From positions 8,081 to 72,080 of the forward strand of contig CAWCBH010000005.1 of the NCBI GenBank assembly GCA_963793785.1: a stretch of DNA of 64,000 bases. Direction: 5' to 3'. Origin of the DNA: an uncultured Actinomycetes bacterium. GTDB lineage: Bacteria > Actinomycetota > Thermoleophilia > Solirubrobacterales > 70-9. Below the pieces are notes generated by a model that worked only from the letters and a program-made list of their open reading frames with translations, was not told the origin of the DNA and ran no database searches. Below, in pieces: positions 19,663 to 28,507 of the stretch (its first letter is position 1; each line of letters starts with the position of its first letter). A program made the position numbers and the translations under genes.

Positions 19663-19881
19663 GTGAGCAGCAACGGCCGCCGCCGACCACCGCGCCCGCG
19701 GATCGAGCTCGCTTCAACGGCGGCAACCCCCGAGGAGGCGGCGGCGATCGTCGCCGCGCTGGAGCGCTTCCTGGCCGAGACGGCTCCCGCGCCCAGCCCC
19801 GCTGCCGCCTTCAACCGCTGGCAGCGGGCGGCCCTGCAGGAGGGCGTCAACGCCCGGACGGGTCCTTTTCCGGCCGGGTAG
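19663..19881 (+). CDS. possible acyl-CoA carboxylase epsilon-subunit-like small protein
   Basis: 72 codons from GTG 19663 with very high GC3. The core RIELASTAATPEEAAAIVAALERFLAE...APAPSP...NRWQRAAL resembles the (I/V)xVxRGxxTPEExAAxxAxL...W signature of actinobacterial AccE/PccE peptides. A GGCCGG-ttt-CCGGCC hairpin follows the stop. Confidence 0.4.
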   Translation: MSSNGRRRPPRPRIELASTAATPEEAAAIVAALERFLAETAPAPSPAAAFNRWQRAALQEGVNARTGPFPAG

Positions 19882-19990
19882 CAAGGCCGGTTTCCGGCCG
19901 CCCGCTTGATTCGCCTGGTCGATCCGGGATAGAACAGGTACATCAGCCGGACAAACCCTGGGCCTCGGCGCCCGCGGAAGGAGGAGTGCA

Positions 19991-20200
19991 GTGGCAGTTG
20001 TGAAGATCATCGAGTTGGTCGGCAGCTCCAAGACCTCGACCGACGATGCCGCCAAGCAGGCGCTTACCCAGGCGTCGGGGTCGCTGCGAAACATCCGCGC
20101 CGTCGACATCGTCTCGACCGGGATCCGTGGCGAGAACCTGGACGAGTACCGCGCCCACGTGCGGGTCGCGTTCCTGATCGAGGGCACAGACGTCGACTGA
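19991..20200 (+). CDS. dodecin family flavin-binding protein
   Basis: 69 aa: VVKIIELVGSSKTSTDDAAKQALTQASGSLRNIRAVDIV...YRAHVRVAFLIE, the dodecin pattern. The SD GGAAGGAGGAG lies just upstream of GTG 19991. Confidence 0.85.
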   Translation: MAVVKIIELVGSSKTSTDDAAKQALTQASGSLRNIRAVDIVSTGIRGENLDEYRAHVRVAFLIEGTDVD

Positions 20201-20230
20201 GGCCCACCCCTGCGCCGCTAGATTGGAGGC

Positions 20231-20635
20231 GTGAGCGAGGAGGCCCAGGCCGCCGTCGATGAGATCGGGCCCGATCAGCTGAACGAGCTGCTGGAAGCGG
20301 GCGACGTGCAGCTGGTCGACGTCCGTACCCAGCACGAGTGGGAGGCGGGGCATATCGCCGGCGCGGTCCACGTCGAGCTGAGCGAGCTGACGGCGAAGGC
20401 CGAGAACCTCGATCGCGACCGGCGGCTGGTCTTCTACTGCCGCGGCGGCAACCGCTCGGGGATGGCCGCGCAGGCCTTCGCCGAGGCGGGCTACCCTGCC
20501 GCGAAGCTCTCCGGCGGCATCAGCGCCTGGGCGGAGGATGGGCTGGCGCTGGAGCCCGAGGGCGGCTACGTCGCCGAATCGGGAGAGGCCGCGGCGGTGC
20601 TCGAGTCGCGGCGCCGAGCCGCCCGCGACGCCTGA
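20231..20635 (+). CDS. rhodanese-domain sulfurtransferase
   Basis: LVDVRTQHEWEAGHIAGAVHV...VFYCRGGNRSGMAAQ contains the active-site CRxGxR loop. GGAGG lies 2 nt before GTG 20231. Confidence 0.85.
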   Translation: MSEEAQAAVDEIGPDQLNELLEAGDVQLVDVRTQHEWEAGHIAGAVHVELSELTAKAENLDRDRRLVFYCRGGNRSGMAAQAFAEAGYPAAKLSGGISAWAEDGLALEPEGGYVAESGEAAAVLESRRRAARDA

Positions 20636-20735
20636 GCGGGCACAAACACCCAAATCCCGGTCAGATTTTGTACTATTGCAACGCGACGGCGCGGGATGCG
20701 CGTCGCCGATCCGATCATGCGGGAGATCAGCTGAC

Positions 20736-22619
20736 ATGGAACCGGTCTCGGCGCCCCCCAAGGCGACTGACCTCGAGCAGGCGACAGCCGGCCTCAACCA
20801 GGCCGAAGGCAAGCCCCAGCGCGGCAAGGGCAGGCTCGGTTCGCTGGAGAACCCGGAGTCCTACGAGAACGTGCCCGGCCACGTGATCCCGATCCTCGAG
20901 CGCGAGTTCGACGATTTCGACAACGAGGCGGAGAAGTTCCTCGGCGGCCAGACCCCCGAGGATCAGTTCATCGGCTTCCGCCTCAAGCAGGGTGTCTACG
21001 GCCAGCGCCAGGCCGACGTGCAGATGATCCGCGTCAAGCTTCCGTTCGGCGGCGTCAGCCCCGAGCAGATGGAGGCCTTCGCGAGCGTCGTCGAGAGCTA
21101 CGCGCCGCTGGTCAAGGGCCACATCACCACCCGCCAGAACATCCAGATCCACCATGTGCCCTTGCGCGACGCGGCGGCGGCGATTCGCGAGCTCTCCGAC
21201 GCCGGCCTCTCCTCCCGGGAGGGCTGCGGCAACACGGTTCGCAACGTCACCGGCGACCCCTGGGCCGGCGTCGCCGAGGACGAGACCTTCGACCCGACTC
21301 CCTATGCGGCGGCCTACGTCCGCTACTTCGTCCGTCACCCGACGACGCAGCTGATGCCGCGCAAGATCAAGACCGCTTTCACAGGCTCCGACGAGGACCG
21401 GGCGATCACGGGCATCCACGACATCGGCTTCATCGCCCGCGAGCGCGACGGGGTCAAGGGCTTCGAGCTGCGAGTCGGCGGCGGCACCTCGATCATGCCG
21501 CGGATCGCGCCGACCCTCTCGGAGTTCGTCACCGCCGACGACGGCGAGTACCTCAAGTACACCGAGGCGGCGCTGCGGATCTTCGACCGCCAGGAGTGGC
21601 TGCGGGTCAACCGCGCCCGGGCCCGGATCAAGGTCCTCGTCGACAAGGTCGGGATCGAGGCTTTCCGCGAGATGGTCGCCGAGGAGCTGGAAGGCGATTG
21701 GGTCGCCGAGCGCGATTTCGACGTCGAGCGGCTGCGCTTCGACGACGACGAGGAGGCCAACGCCCCGGCGTCGCCAACCACCCACGCCTCCCCCAACGGT
21801 GATCGCTCCGAGTTCGACGCCTTCCTGGCCGCCAACGTGCAGGCCCAGCGCCAGCAGGGCTTCTCGACGGTCGAGGTGAAGGTCACCCGTGGCGACCTCA
21901 GCCCGGCTCAGTTCCGCGGCCTGGCGGCGATCATGCGCGAGTTCACCGGCGGCTATGCCCGCAGCACCGTGCAGCAGAATCTCGTCTTGCGCTGGGTGCG
22001 GGACGAGTCGCTCTACGACGTCTGGCAGCGCCTCCACGAGCTCGATCTCGGCGCCGTCGGCCCGCGCCAGGTCACCGACATCGTCTCCTGCCCGGGCACC
22101 GACAGCTGCAAGCTCGGCATCACCAGCTCGATGGGGGTCAACCGGGCGATCCAGGAGCGGCTCGAGGCGATGCAGATCACCGACCCTCTGACCAAGCGGG
22201 TCCACATCAAGATGAGCGGCTGCCCGAACGGCTGCAGCCAGCATCACATCGGCACGATCGGCTTCTACGGCGCCTCGCTGAAGATCGGCGACCGCCAGCT
22301 GCCCGCCTACATCCCCCACATCGGCGGTGGCTACGAGGGCGGCGAGGTCGTCTACGGGGCGCGGCTGAAGTCTCGGCTGCCCGCCAAGCGCGTCCCCGAG
22401 GCGGTCGAGCGATGGCTGCGGCTTTACGAGGGCGAGCGCACCGACGGCGAGCACTTCAAGGCGTTCGCCGAGCGGGTCGGGAAGGAGCGCTTCGAAGCCG
22501 AGGTGAAGGACCTGACGCTGCCGGTCGAGTTCAGCCTCGAGACGATGCAGCAGTTCATCGACTGGGACCGCCACGATCCGTACAGGGTCGAGCGCGGCGA
22601 GGGCGAGTGCGCGATCTAG
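20736..22619 (+). CDS. sir: ferredoxin-type sulfite (nitrite/sulfite) reductase
   Basis: FRLKQGVYGQRQ...MIRVKLPFGGVSPEQMEAFASV...HITTRQNIQIHHV...EGCGNTVRNVTGDP in the N-terminal half, and SCPGTDSCKLGI...MSGCPNGCSQHHI, the sirohaem/4Fe-4S cysteine motif, in the C-terminal half. ATG 20736. Confidence 0.9.
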   Translation: MEPVSAPPKATDLEQATAGLNQAEGKPQRGKGRLGSLENPESYENVPGHVIPILEREFDDFDNEAEKFLGGQTPEDQFIGFRLKQGVYGQRQADVQMIRVKLPFGGVSPEQMEAFASVVESYAPLVKGHITTRQNIQIHHVPLRDAAAAIRELSDAGLSSREGCGNTVRNVTGDPWAGVAEDETFDPTPYAAAYVRYFVRHPTTQLMPRKIKTAFTGSDEDRAITGIHDIGFIARERDGVKGFELRVGGGTSIMPRIAPTLSEFVTADDGEYLKYTEAALRIFDRQEWLRVNRARARIKVLVDKVGIEAFREMVAEELEGDWVAERDFDVERLRFDDDEEANAPASPTTHASPNGDRSEFDAFLAANVQAQRQQGFSTVEVKVTRGDLSPAQFRGLAAIMREFTGGYARSTVQQNLVLRWVRDESLYDVWQRLHELDLGAVGPRQVTDIVSCPGTDSCKLGITSSMGVNRAIQERLEAMQITDPLTKRVHIKMSGCPNGCSQHHIGTIGFYGASLKIGDRQLPAYIPHIGGGYEGGEVVYGARLKSRLPAKRVPEAVERWLRLYEGERTDGEHFKAFAERVGKERFEAEVKDLTLPVEFSLETMQQFIDWDRHDPYRVERGEGECAI

Positions 22620-23332
22620 TGAAGCCGCCACCCGACACGATCACCGCACCGCCACTCGCCGAGATCGACCCGGAGGCGGTTGCTGCCGACCTCGAGGGGC
22701 GCACGGCCGCCGAGGCGATCGAGTGGATGCTCGGCGCCTTCGGCGAGAGCCATTACTTCGCCTGCTCGTTCCAGAAGACCAGTTCGGTGGTCCTCGACCT
22801 GGCGACGAAGGCCAATCCGGACGTTCGCTTCTTCTACCTCGACACCGACGTCCTCTTCCCGGAGACCTACGAGACCCGGGACCGGCTCGCCACCCACTTC
22901 GGGGTCGAGTTCGACCGATACCACAACATCACCATCGACGAGCAGGCCGACCTCTACGGCGACGAGCTCTGGAAGCGCGACCCCGACTCCTGCTGCGGCC
23001 TGCGCAAGGTCGAGCCGATGCGCCGTGCCCTGGCGTCCGTCGACTGCTGGGTCTCCGGGATCCGCCGGGGCGACTCGAGCACCCGTTCGGGGGCTCCGAA
23101 GTTCGCCTGGGACAAGCGCTTTGGCCTCTGGAAGCTGAATCCCCTGGCCGACTGGACCGAGCGCGACGTCTGGAACTACATCCGCGAGCAGCGCATCCCC
23201 TACAACCCGCTCCACGATCGCGGCTACCCCTCGATCGGCTGCACCCACTGCACCCAGCCCGTCGCTCCGGGCGCCTCGCCGCGCGACGGCCGCTGGGTCG
23301 GCACGGCGAAGTCGGAGTGCGGGATCAACTGA
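22619..23332 (+). CDS. cysH: adenylylsulfate (APS) reductase, Fe-S type CysH
   Basis: GTG overlaps the sir stop codon (TAGTG). SFQKTSSVVLDL...FYLDTDVLFPETYE...CCGLRKVEPM...SGIRRGDS...SIGCTHCT...KSECGIN. The CC...CxxC cluster ligands indicate the APS-specific class. Confidence 0.9.
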   Translation: MKPPPDTITAPPLAEIDPEAVAADLEGRTAAEAIEWMLGAFGESHYFACSFQKTSSVVLDLATKANPDVRFFYLDTDVLFPETYETRDRLATHFGVEFDRYHNITIDEQADLYGDELWKRDPDSCCGLRKVEPMRRALASVDCWVSGIRRGDSSTRSGAPKFAWDKRFGLWKLNPLADWTERDVWNYIREQRIPYNPLHDRGYPSIGCTHCTQPVAPGASPRDGRWVGTAKSECGIN

Positions 23333-23432
23333 CCGCCTGAGCGCGGCCCGAGATCTCCGCCGCGGTTGTTGCTCTATCCTCGCCCGCTGCTGTTTCGAAC
23401 CTTCCCAGTCAACAAAGGCCTAAATCACCAGG

Positions 23433-24506
23433 ATGACCGACCTCTCCCTCACTCTGTCCGAGCGCAACACCGCCGACTTCGAGATGATCGCCAACGGCGG
23501 CTTCGCTCCCCTCACCGGTTTCCAGGGAGGCGAGGACTGGCGCCGCGTCTGCGCGGAGATGCGCACCGCGGAGGGTGCCTACTGGCCGATCCCGATCACC
23601 CTCGCCTCAGACCTCGATTGCACCGCCGGCGACGTCGTCGCCCTCTCCTCTGACGAGGGCAAGCCACTCGGTCGCCTCACCGTCGAGGAGGTCTACGAGC
23701 GCGACGGCCGCAAGGAGGCGGAGCAGGTCTACGGGACCAGCGACGCCGACCACCCCGGCGTCGCGGCGATCTACGAGGAGGGCGACCGCCTGATCGCGGG
23801 ACCAATCGAGTCGGACGCGCTTCCTGACCACGACGAGCCCTTCATGCGCCGCTACATGACCCCCGCGGAGTCGCGCAAGGCGTTCGCCGAGCGCGGCTGG
23901 GCCAAGGTCGTCGCCTTTCAGACCCGCAACCCGATCCACCGCGCCCACGAGTACGTCACCAAGGCGGCGCTGGAGATCTGCGACGGGCTGATGATCCATC
24001 CGCTGATCGGCAAGACCAAGGCCGGCGACATCCCCGCCGACGTGCGAATGCGCTGCTATGAGGTGCTGATGGAGAACTACTACCCGCAGGATCGGGTGAT
24101 CCTCAACGTCTTTCCCTCGAAGATGCACTACGCCGGGCCCCGCGAGGCCGTTCTGCACGCGATCGCGCGCCGCAACTACGGCTGCACCCACTTCATCGTC
24201 GGCCGCGACCACGCCGGCGCCGGCGACTACTACGGCACCTACGACGCGCAGAAGATCTTCGACGAGATCGACATCGACGAGCTGGGCATCGAGCCGCTGA
24301 TGTTCGAGCACAGCTTCTGGTGCAACGCCTGCGAGGGAATGGCGTCCGGAAAGACCTGCCCGCACGACGCCGACGCGCACGTGTTCCTTTCCGGGACCAA
24401 GGTGCGCGAGATGCTCGGCAACGGCGAGCGGCCCCCTCAGGAGTTCTCGAGGGACGAGGTCGCGGACATCCTGATCGACGCTTACAAGGAGGACGACAAC
24501 CGATGA
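23433..24506 (+). CDS. sat: sulfate adenylyltransferase (ATP sulfurylase)
   Basis: NGGFAPLTGFQ...WPIPITL...VVAFQTRNPIHRAHEYV...HPLIGKTKAGDIP...MHYAGPREAVLHAIARRNYGCTHFIVGRDHAG. Confidence 0.9.
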   Translation: MTDLSLTLSERNTADFEMIANGGFAPLTGFQGGEDWRRVCAEMRTAEGAYWPIPITLASDLDCTAGDVVALSSDEGKPLGRLTVEEVYERDGRKEAEQVYGTSDADHPGVAAIYEEGDRLIAGPIESDALPDHDEPFMRRYMTPAESRKAFAERGWAKVVAFQTRNPIHRAHEYVTKAALEICDGLMIHPLIGKTKAGDIPADVRMRCYEVLMENYYPQDRVILNVFPSKMHYAGPREAVLHAIARRNYGCTHFIVGRDHAGAGDYYGTYDAQKIFDEIDIDELGIEPLMFEHSFWCNACEGMASGKTCPHDADAHVFLSGTKVREMLGNGERPPQEFSRDEVADILIDAYKEDDNR

Positions 24507-25093
24507 CCGATCCGACGCACAGCTACGGCGCTGCCCACGACAAGGGCTTCTGCCTTTGGTTCACGGGCCTTTCGGGTGCCGGCAAGACGACGATCTCGAA
24601 GATCGTCGAGGCCGAGCTCGAGCAGCGCCGCAACCGCCTCGAGATCCTCGACGGCGACGTCGTGCGCGAGAACCTCTCCAAGGGGCTCGGCTTCTCCAAG
24701 GAGGACCGCGACACCAACATCCGCCGTATCGCCTTCGTCGCCGACCTGCTCTCCCGCAACGGTGTCCCGGTGATCACCGCGGCGATCTCGCCCTACCGCG
24801 AGATCCGTGCCGAGGCCAGAGAGCTGATGGGCGATCGCTTCGTCGAGGTCTACATCGAGGCCTCGGTCGAGGCCTGCGCCGAGCGCGATGTCAAGGGCCT
24901 CTACAAGAAGGCCTTCGCGGGCGAGATCAAGGAGTTCACCGGGGTCTCGGATCCCTACGAGGCTCCCGAGAACGCCGAGGTCGTCTGCCATACCGAGCAG
25001 GAGACCCCCGAGGAGTCGGCGCAGAAGCTGATCGACTACCTCGAGGAGCGGGAGCTGATTCCGGCCCGCGAGCGCACACCTGCAAGCGTCTAG
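24503..25093 (+). CDS. cysC: adenylylsulfate kinase
   Basis: ATGA overlap with sat. FCLWFTGLSGAGKTTIS P-loop, then LDGDVVRENLSKGLGFSKEDRDTNIRRIAFVA...PVITAAISPY...ERDVKGLYKKA. Confidence 0.95.
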   Translation: MTDPTHSYGAAHDKGFCLWFTGLSGAGKTTISKIVEAELEQRRNRLEILDGDVVRENLSKGLGFSKEDRDTNIRRIAFVADLLSRNGVPVITAAISPYREIRAEARELMGDRFVEVYIEASVEACAERDVKGLYKKAFAGEIKEFTGVSDPYEAPENAEVVCHTEQETPEESAQKLIDYLEERELIPARERTPASV

Positions 25094-25149
25094 ATCTGAT
25101 TCCGCGCGCAGCAGGTGTGCGCGCAGCCATTTGTGTCAGCGCACGTCCG

Positions 25150-25179
25150 CCGGCGTCTAGACGGCCGGGTTTCGCTTTC
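25150..25179 (+). terminator. candidate intrinsic terminator after cysC
   Basis: CCGGCGTCTAGACGGCCGG is an imperfect hairpin around the perfect 10-bp palindrome CGTCTAGACG. The T-rich stretch GTTTCGCTTTC follows it. Confidence 0.35.
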
Positions 25180-25188
25180 ATAGGCGCT

Positions 25189-26143
25189 GTGGGGCGCTTT
25201 GTCTCGAAGCTGCACGCGGCGGCGGTTCTCGGCTTTGCCTGCGCGGCGGTCGGTGCCGCGCCTGCCAATGCGGCGCCGCTGATCGCCGCCGCCGGCGACG
25301 TCGCCTGCCCTCCCAGCCATCCGGCGTTCAACGGCGGCTTCGGGACTCGGACCAAATGCCGCCAGGCGGCCACGGCCCGGCTGCTCTACGGGGCCGGCTA
25401 TGACGCCGTGCTGCCGATCGGCGATCTGATCGAGCCCTACCCGAGCCTGCGCAATTTCCGCGGCGTCTGGGCGGACACCTGGGGGAAGCTCAAGCTCAGG
25501 ACTTACCCGGTGCTCGGAAACCATGAGTACGACATCGACGGCGCAGTCGGCTACTTCCGCTACTTCAACGGCGTCGGCGAACAGGCCGGGCGGGTGGGCA
25601 GAAGAGGAGACGGCTGGTACTCCTACAACCTCGGTCGCTGGCACCTGGTGGCGCTGAACTCCAACTGCGGCAAGGTCGGCTGCGGTCCCGGCACGCGCCA
25701 GCTCGCCTGGCTGCGGCGCGACCTCCGCGCCCACCCGCGCCGCTGCGTCCTCGCCTACTGGCACCACCCGCTGTTCTCCTCCGGCGCCCACGATGCCGAG
25801 CAGCCGGTGCGCTACTTCTGGCGGGTGCTGCGGGCCGCCGGCGCCGACGTGGTCCTGAACGGCCACGACCAGCTCTACGAGCGGTTCGCGCCGAAGATGC
25901 CCGACGGCGACGTGGATCGCCGGCACGGAATCGTCCAGTTCACCGTCGGCACCGGCGGCCGCTCGCTGTTCGACTTCACGGCCACCAAGCGCGGCAGCCG
26001 CCGGCGGGTCGGCCACCGCTTCGGGATCCTGCGCCTGCGCCTTGGGGGCCTAGGCGTCGGTTGGCAGTTTCGTGGCGGTGGATGGAGGACGCACCCTCGA
26101 TCGCGGCGCCCGCCGCTGCACTCCGCGCCCCGCCGGCTCCTGA
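25189..26143 (+). pseudogene. secreted calcineurin-like metallophosphoesterase, 3' end out of frame
   Basis: GTG 25189 gives the signal peptide GRFVSKLHAAAVLGFACAAVGAAPANA. Motifs GDLIEPY, GNHEY, ALNSN and WHHPLFSSG...NGHDQLYER. After ...GWQF the frame gives RGGGWRTHPRSRR and runs 59 nt into the convergent TetR gene. The +1 frame reads VAVDGGRTLDRGARRCTPRPAGS and stops at 26141-26143. Confidence 0.7.
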
Positions 26144-26146
26144 GTC

Positions 26147-26740
26147 CTAGGCCTCGCGCGGCGGCAGCGGCGTCGCGCCCGGGGCCCGCAGTCCATCGAC
26201 GATGATCCCGAGGTAGCGCTCGGGGTCGGTCATCGGGTTATTGCAGGCGCCGGCGAGCGCACACATCATCATCGGCACGTCCTCGGGCTGCGCGTCGGCC
26301 CTCACCGCGCCCGCTGCCTGCGCCCGGGCCATGACCTTCGCGACACGCCCGAGCATGCCGACGCTCTCGGAGCTTCGCCGCATCGTCTCCGGTCGCGAGA
26401 CCAGCACCTCGGATAGGGCGCGGTCGGCCACCTGAATCTCCGCCGAGGCGCGGATGAACTCGACGAATGCCTGATCGGGATCGGGATGCTCGAGCGCTTC
26501 GTCTGCCAGCTCGGCAAGCCGCTCGAAGCGAGCAGCGGCGAGCGCGTCGACCAGGTCGTCCTTGGTCGGGAAGTGGCGGTAGACCGTTCCGACGCCGACC
26601 TTCGCGGCGCGCGCGATCTCATCCATTTGCGCGTCGAGCCCCTTGCGTGCCATCACCTTGCGCGCAGCGGCGATGACTCGCTCGCGGTTGCGAACGGCGT
26701 CGGCGCGGGGGGGCCTGATGATCGTCGTGGGGGGCATCAT
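26147..26740 (-). CDS. TetR family transcriptional regulator
   Basis: RNRERVIAAARKVMARKGLDAQMDEIARAAKVGVGTVYRHFPTKDDLV is the TetR HTH. ATG 26740 (MMPPTT) was chosen. It is divergent from the MFS gene. Confidence 0.9.
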   Translation of the reverse strand: MMPPTTIIRPPRADAVRNRERVIAAARKVMARKGLDAQMDEIARAAKVGVGTVYRHFPTKDDLVDALAAARFERLAELADEALEHPDPDQAFVEFIRASAEIQVADRALSEVLVSRPETMRRSSESVGMLGRVAKVMARAQAAGAVRADAQPEDVPMMMCALAGACNNPMTDPERYLGIIVDGLRAPGATPLPPREA

Positions 26741-26771
26741 TGCTCCGTGATCTGACTCACACTGATTCCGG

Positions 26772-26801
26772 TTGACAAACGGAATCTTAGTTCCGTATAG
26801 T
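26772..26801 (+). promoter_or_regulatory. sigma-70-type promoter for the MFS transporter gene
   Basis: TTGACA (26772-77), an 18-nt spacer, then TATAGT (26796-801). AGGAGGA and ATG 26885 lie downstream. Confidence 0.55.
26779..26796. promoter_or_regulatory. palindromic operator candidate (ACGGAA-N6-TTCCGT) for the TetR regulator
   Basis: A perfect 6+6 inverted repeat inside the promoter spacer. Further half-sites occur nearby: TTCCG at 26767-71, AACGGAAC at about 26812-19 and CTTCCG at about 26831-36. Confidence 0.5.
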
Positions 26802-26884
26802 GCCAGCATGAAACGGAACCTGAACTCCGCTTCCGCCTTGAGTATGACGCAGGCAGCGGCGGAAATCAAGCCCAGGAGGAGCAG

Positions 26885-28354
26885 ATGACAGACGCACAGA
26901 CCCTCGAACGCCGTCGCTGGCTCGGCCTCGCCCTTCTCGCGATGGCGCAGTTCGTCGTCGTCCTCGACGCCTCGATCGTCAACGTCGCCCTGCCGACGAT
27001 CGGCGAGGCGCTCGACTTCTCCCAGAGCAACCTCGCCTGGGTGGTCAACGCCTACATCCTCACCTTCGGCGGCTTCCTGCTGCTCGGCGGACGGATCGCC
27101 GACCTGCTCGGCCGGCGCCGGGTCTTCATGGGTGGGCTGATCCTCTTTGCGCTCGCCTCGCTGGCCGGCGGCTTCGCCACCAGCGAAAGCCAGCTGATCG
27201 CCGCCCGCGCCGTCCAGGGGCTCGGTGCCGCGATCCTCTCACCGGCGGCGCTCTCGATCGTCACCACGACCTTCCGCGACGGCGCCGAGCGCAACAAGGC
27301 ACTCGGCGTCTGGGGCGCGGTCGCCGGTGCCGGCGGCGCCGCCGGCGTGCTGCTGGGCGGAATCCTCACCGACGGCCTCGGCTGGGAGTGGGTCCTGTGG
27401 GTCAACGTCCCGGTCGGGATCATCGCCGCGGCGCTGGCGCCCTCGCTGATCGCCGAGAGCCGCAGCGCCTCGGAGACACGGCACTTCGATTTCGCCGGAG
27501 CAGTAACCGTCACCGCCGGGCTCTCGCTGCTCGTCTACGCGCTGGTCGACGCGGTCGACGTCGGCTGGGGCTCGACCCAGACGATCGGCCTGCTCGCCCT
27601 TTCGGCGGCGCTGATCGCCGCCTTCGTCGCGATCGAGCTGCGCTCGGCCTCTCCGCTGGTCCCGTTCCGGATCTTCCGGTTGCGGACCCTGACCGGTGCC
27701 AACGTCGCCGGCGTCCTCACCGGCGCCTCGCTGTTCTCGATGTTCTTCTTCATCTCGCTGTACATGCAGCAGGTGCTCGGCTACAGCGCGATCAAGGCCG
27801 GGCTCTCCTATCTGCCGCTGGCGTTGACGATCATCATCGCCGCCGGCATCGCCTCCCAGCTGACGACCCGGTTTGGCTTCAAGCCGGTGCTCGCGGCCGG
27901 GATGGCGTTCATCGCCGCGGGCCTGGCCTGGTTCTCGCAGGTCTCGGTCGGCGGCAGCTTCGCCGCCGACATCCTCGGCCCGTCGCTGCTGGCGGCGGTC
28001 GGGCTCGGCTTCGCCTTCGTGCCGCAGACGATCGCCGCCGTGGCCGGCGTCCGCGACCACGAGGCCGGCTTGGCGAGCGGCCTGATCAACACCTCGCAGC
28101 AGGTCGGCGGCGCGCTCGGGCTGGCCGTCCTGGCGACGATCGCCAACACCCGCACCGACGACCTCTTCGCCGACGGGGCCGCGCGGGCGACGGCGCTCAC
28201 CGAGGGGTTTCAGTCCGCTTTCCTGGCCGGCGCCGGAATCGCGATCCTCGGCTTGATCGCGGTCCTGACCCTGATCCGCAGCCGCGACAGCCGCGCCCAC
28301 GTCGAGGCCGAGCGCAGCCCGCGCTCCGAGAGCGTCGCCGAAGCCCGCGCCTGA
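26885..28354 (+). CDS. MFS transporter, DHA2 (EmrB/QacA, 14-TMS) family
   Basis: LLAMAQFVVVLDASIVNVALPTIGEAL...WVVNAYILTFGGFLLLGGRIADLLGRRR...AARAVQGLGAAILSPAALSI. About 14 hydrophobic segments. Confidence 0.9.
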   Translation: MTDAQTLERRRWLGLALLAMAQFVVVLDASIVNVALPTIGEALDFSQSNLAWVVNAYILTFGGFLLLGGRIADLLGRRRVFMGGLILFALASLAGGFATSESQLIAARAVQGLGAAILSPAALSIVTTTFRDGAERNKALGVWGAVAGAGGAAGVLLGGILTDGLGWEWVLWVNVPVGIIAAALAPSLIAESRSASETRHFDFAGAVTVTAGLSLLVYALVDAVDVGWGSTQTIGLLALSAALIAAFVAIELRSASPLVPFRIFRLRTLTGANVAGVLTGASLFSMFFFISLYMQQVLGYSAIKAGLSYLPLALTIIIAAGIASQLTTRFGFKPVLAAGMAFIAAGLAWFSQVSVGGSFAADILGPSLLAAVGLGFAFVPQTIAAVAGVRDHEAGLASGLINTSQQVGGALGLAVLATIANTRTDDLFADGAARATALTEGFQSAFLAGAGIAILGLIAVLTLIRSRDSRAHVEAERSPRSESVAEARA

Positions 28355-28507
28355 CGATCGATGCCGGACGCCCGCCCCTCGCCGGGGGCGGGCGTCTCGG
28401 CGATACTGGCGCGGGTGTCGAGGCAAGACGTTCAACGACCCTGACGACGCGCTTCGCGCAGCCGGCCTCGAGCCACGCGGCTAAGGCGACCCGGCCTTCC
28501 GGCCCCC

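Noticed and set aside
20684-20710. The hairpin GCGACGGCGC-gggat-GCGCGTCGC upstream of the sulfite reductase gene, considered as a regulatory RNA element.
   Set aside because: It is a single short GC hairpin between the rhodanese stop and the sir start. It is equally well explained as a weak terminator or as chance self-complementarity in GC-rich DNA, and no riboswitch-like conserved core is recognisable.
24556-25188. The 5' two-fifths of the 549-aa ORF 24556..26205, overlapping cysC in another frame.
   Set aside because: The translation is Arg/Pro/Gly-rich nonsense. The credible metallophosphoesterase begins with a signal peptide at GTG 25189, after the cysC terminator-like hairpin.
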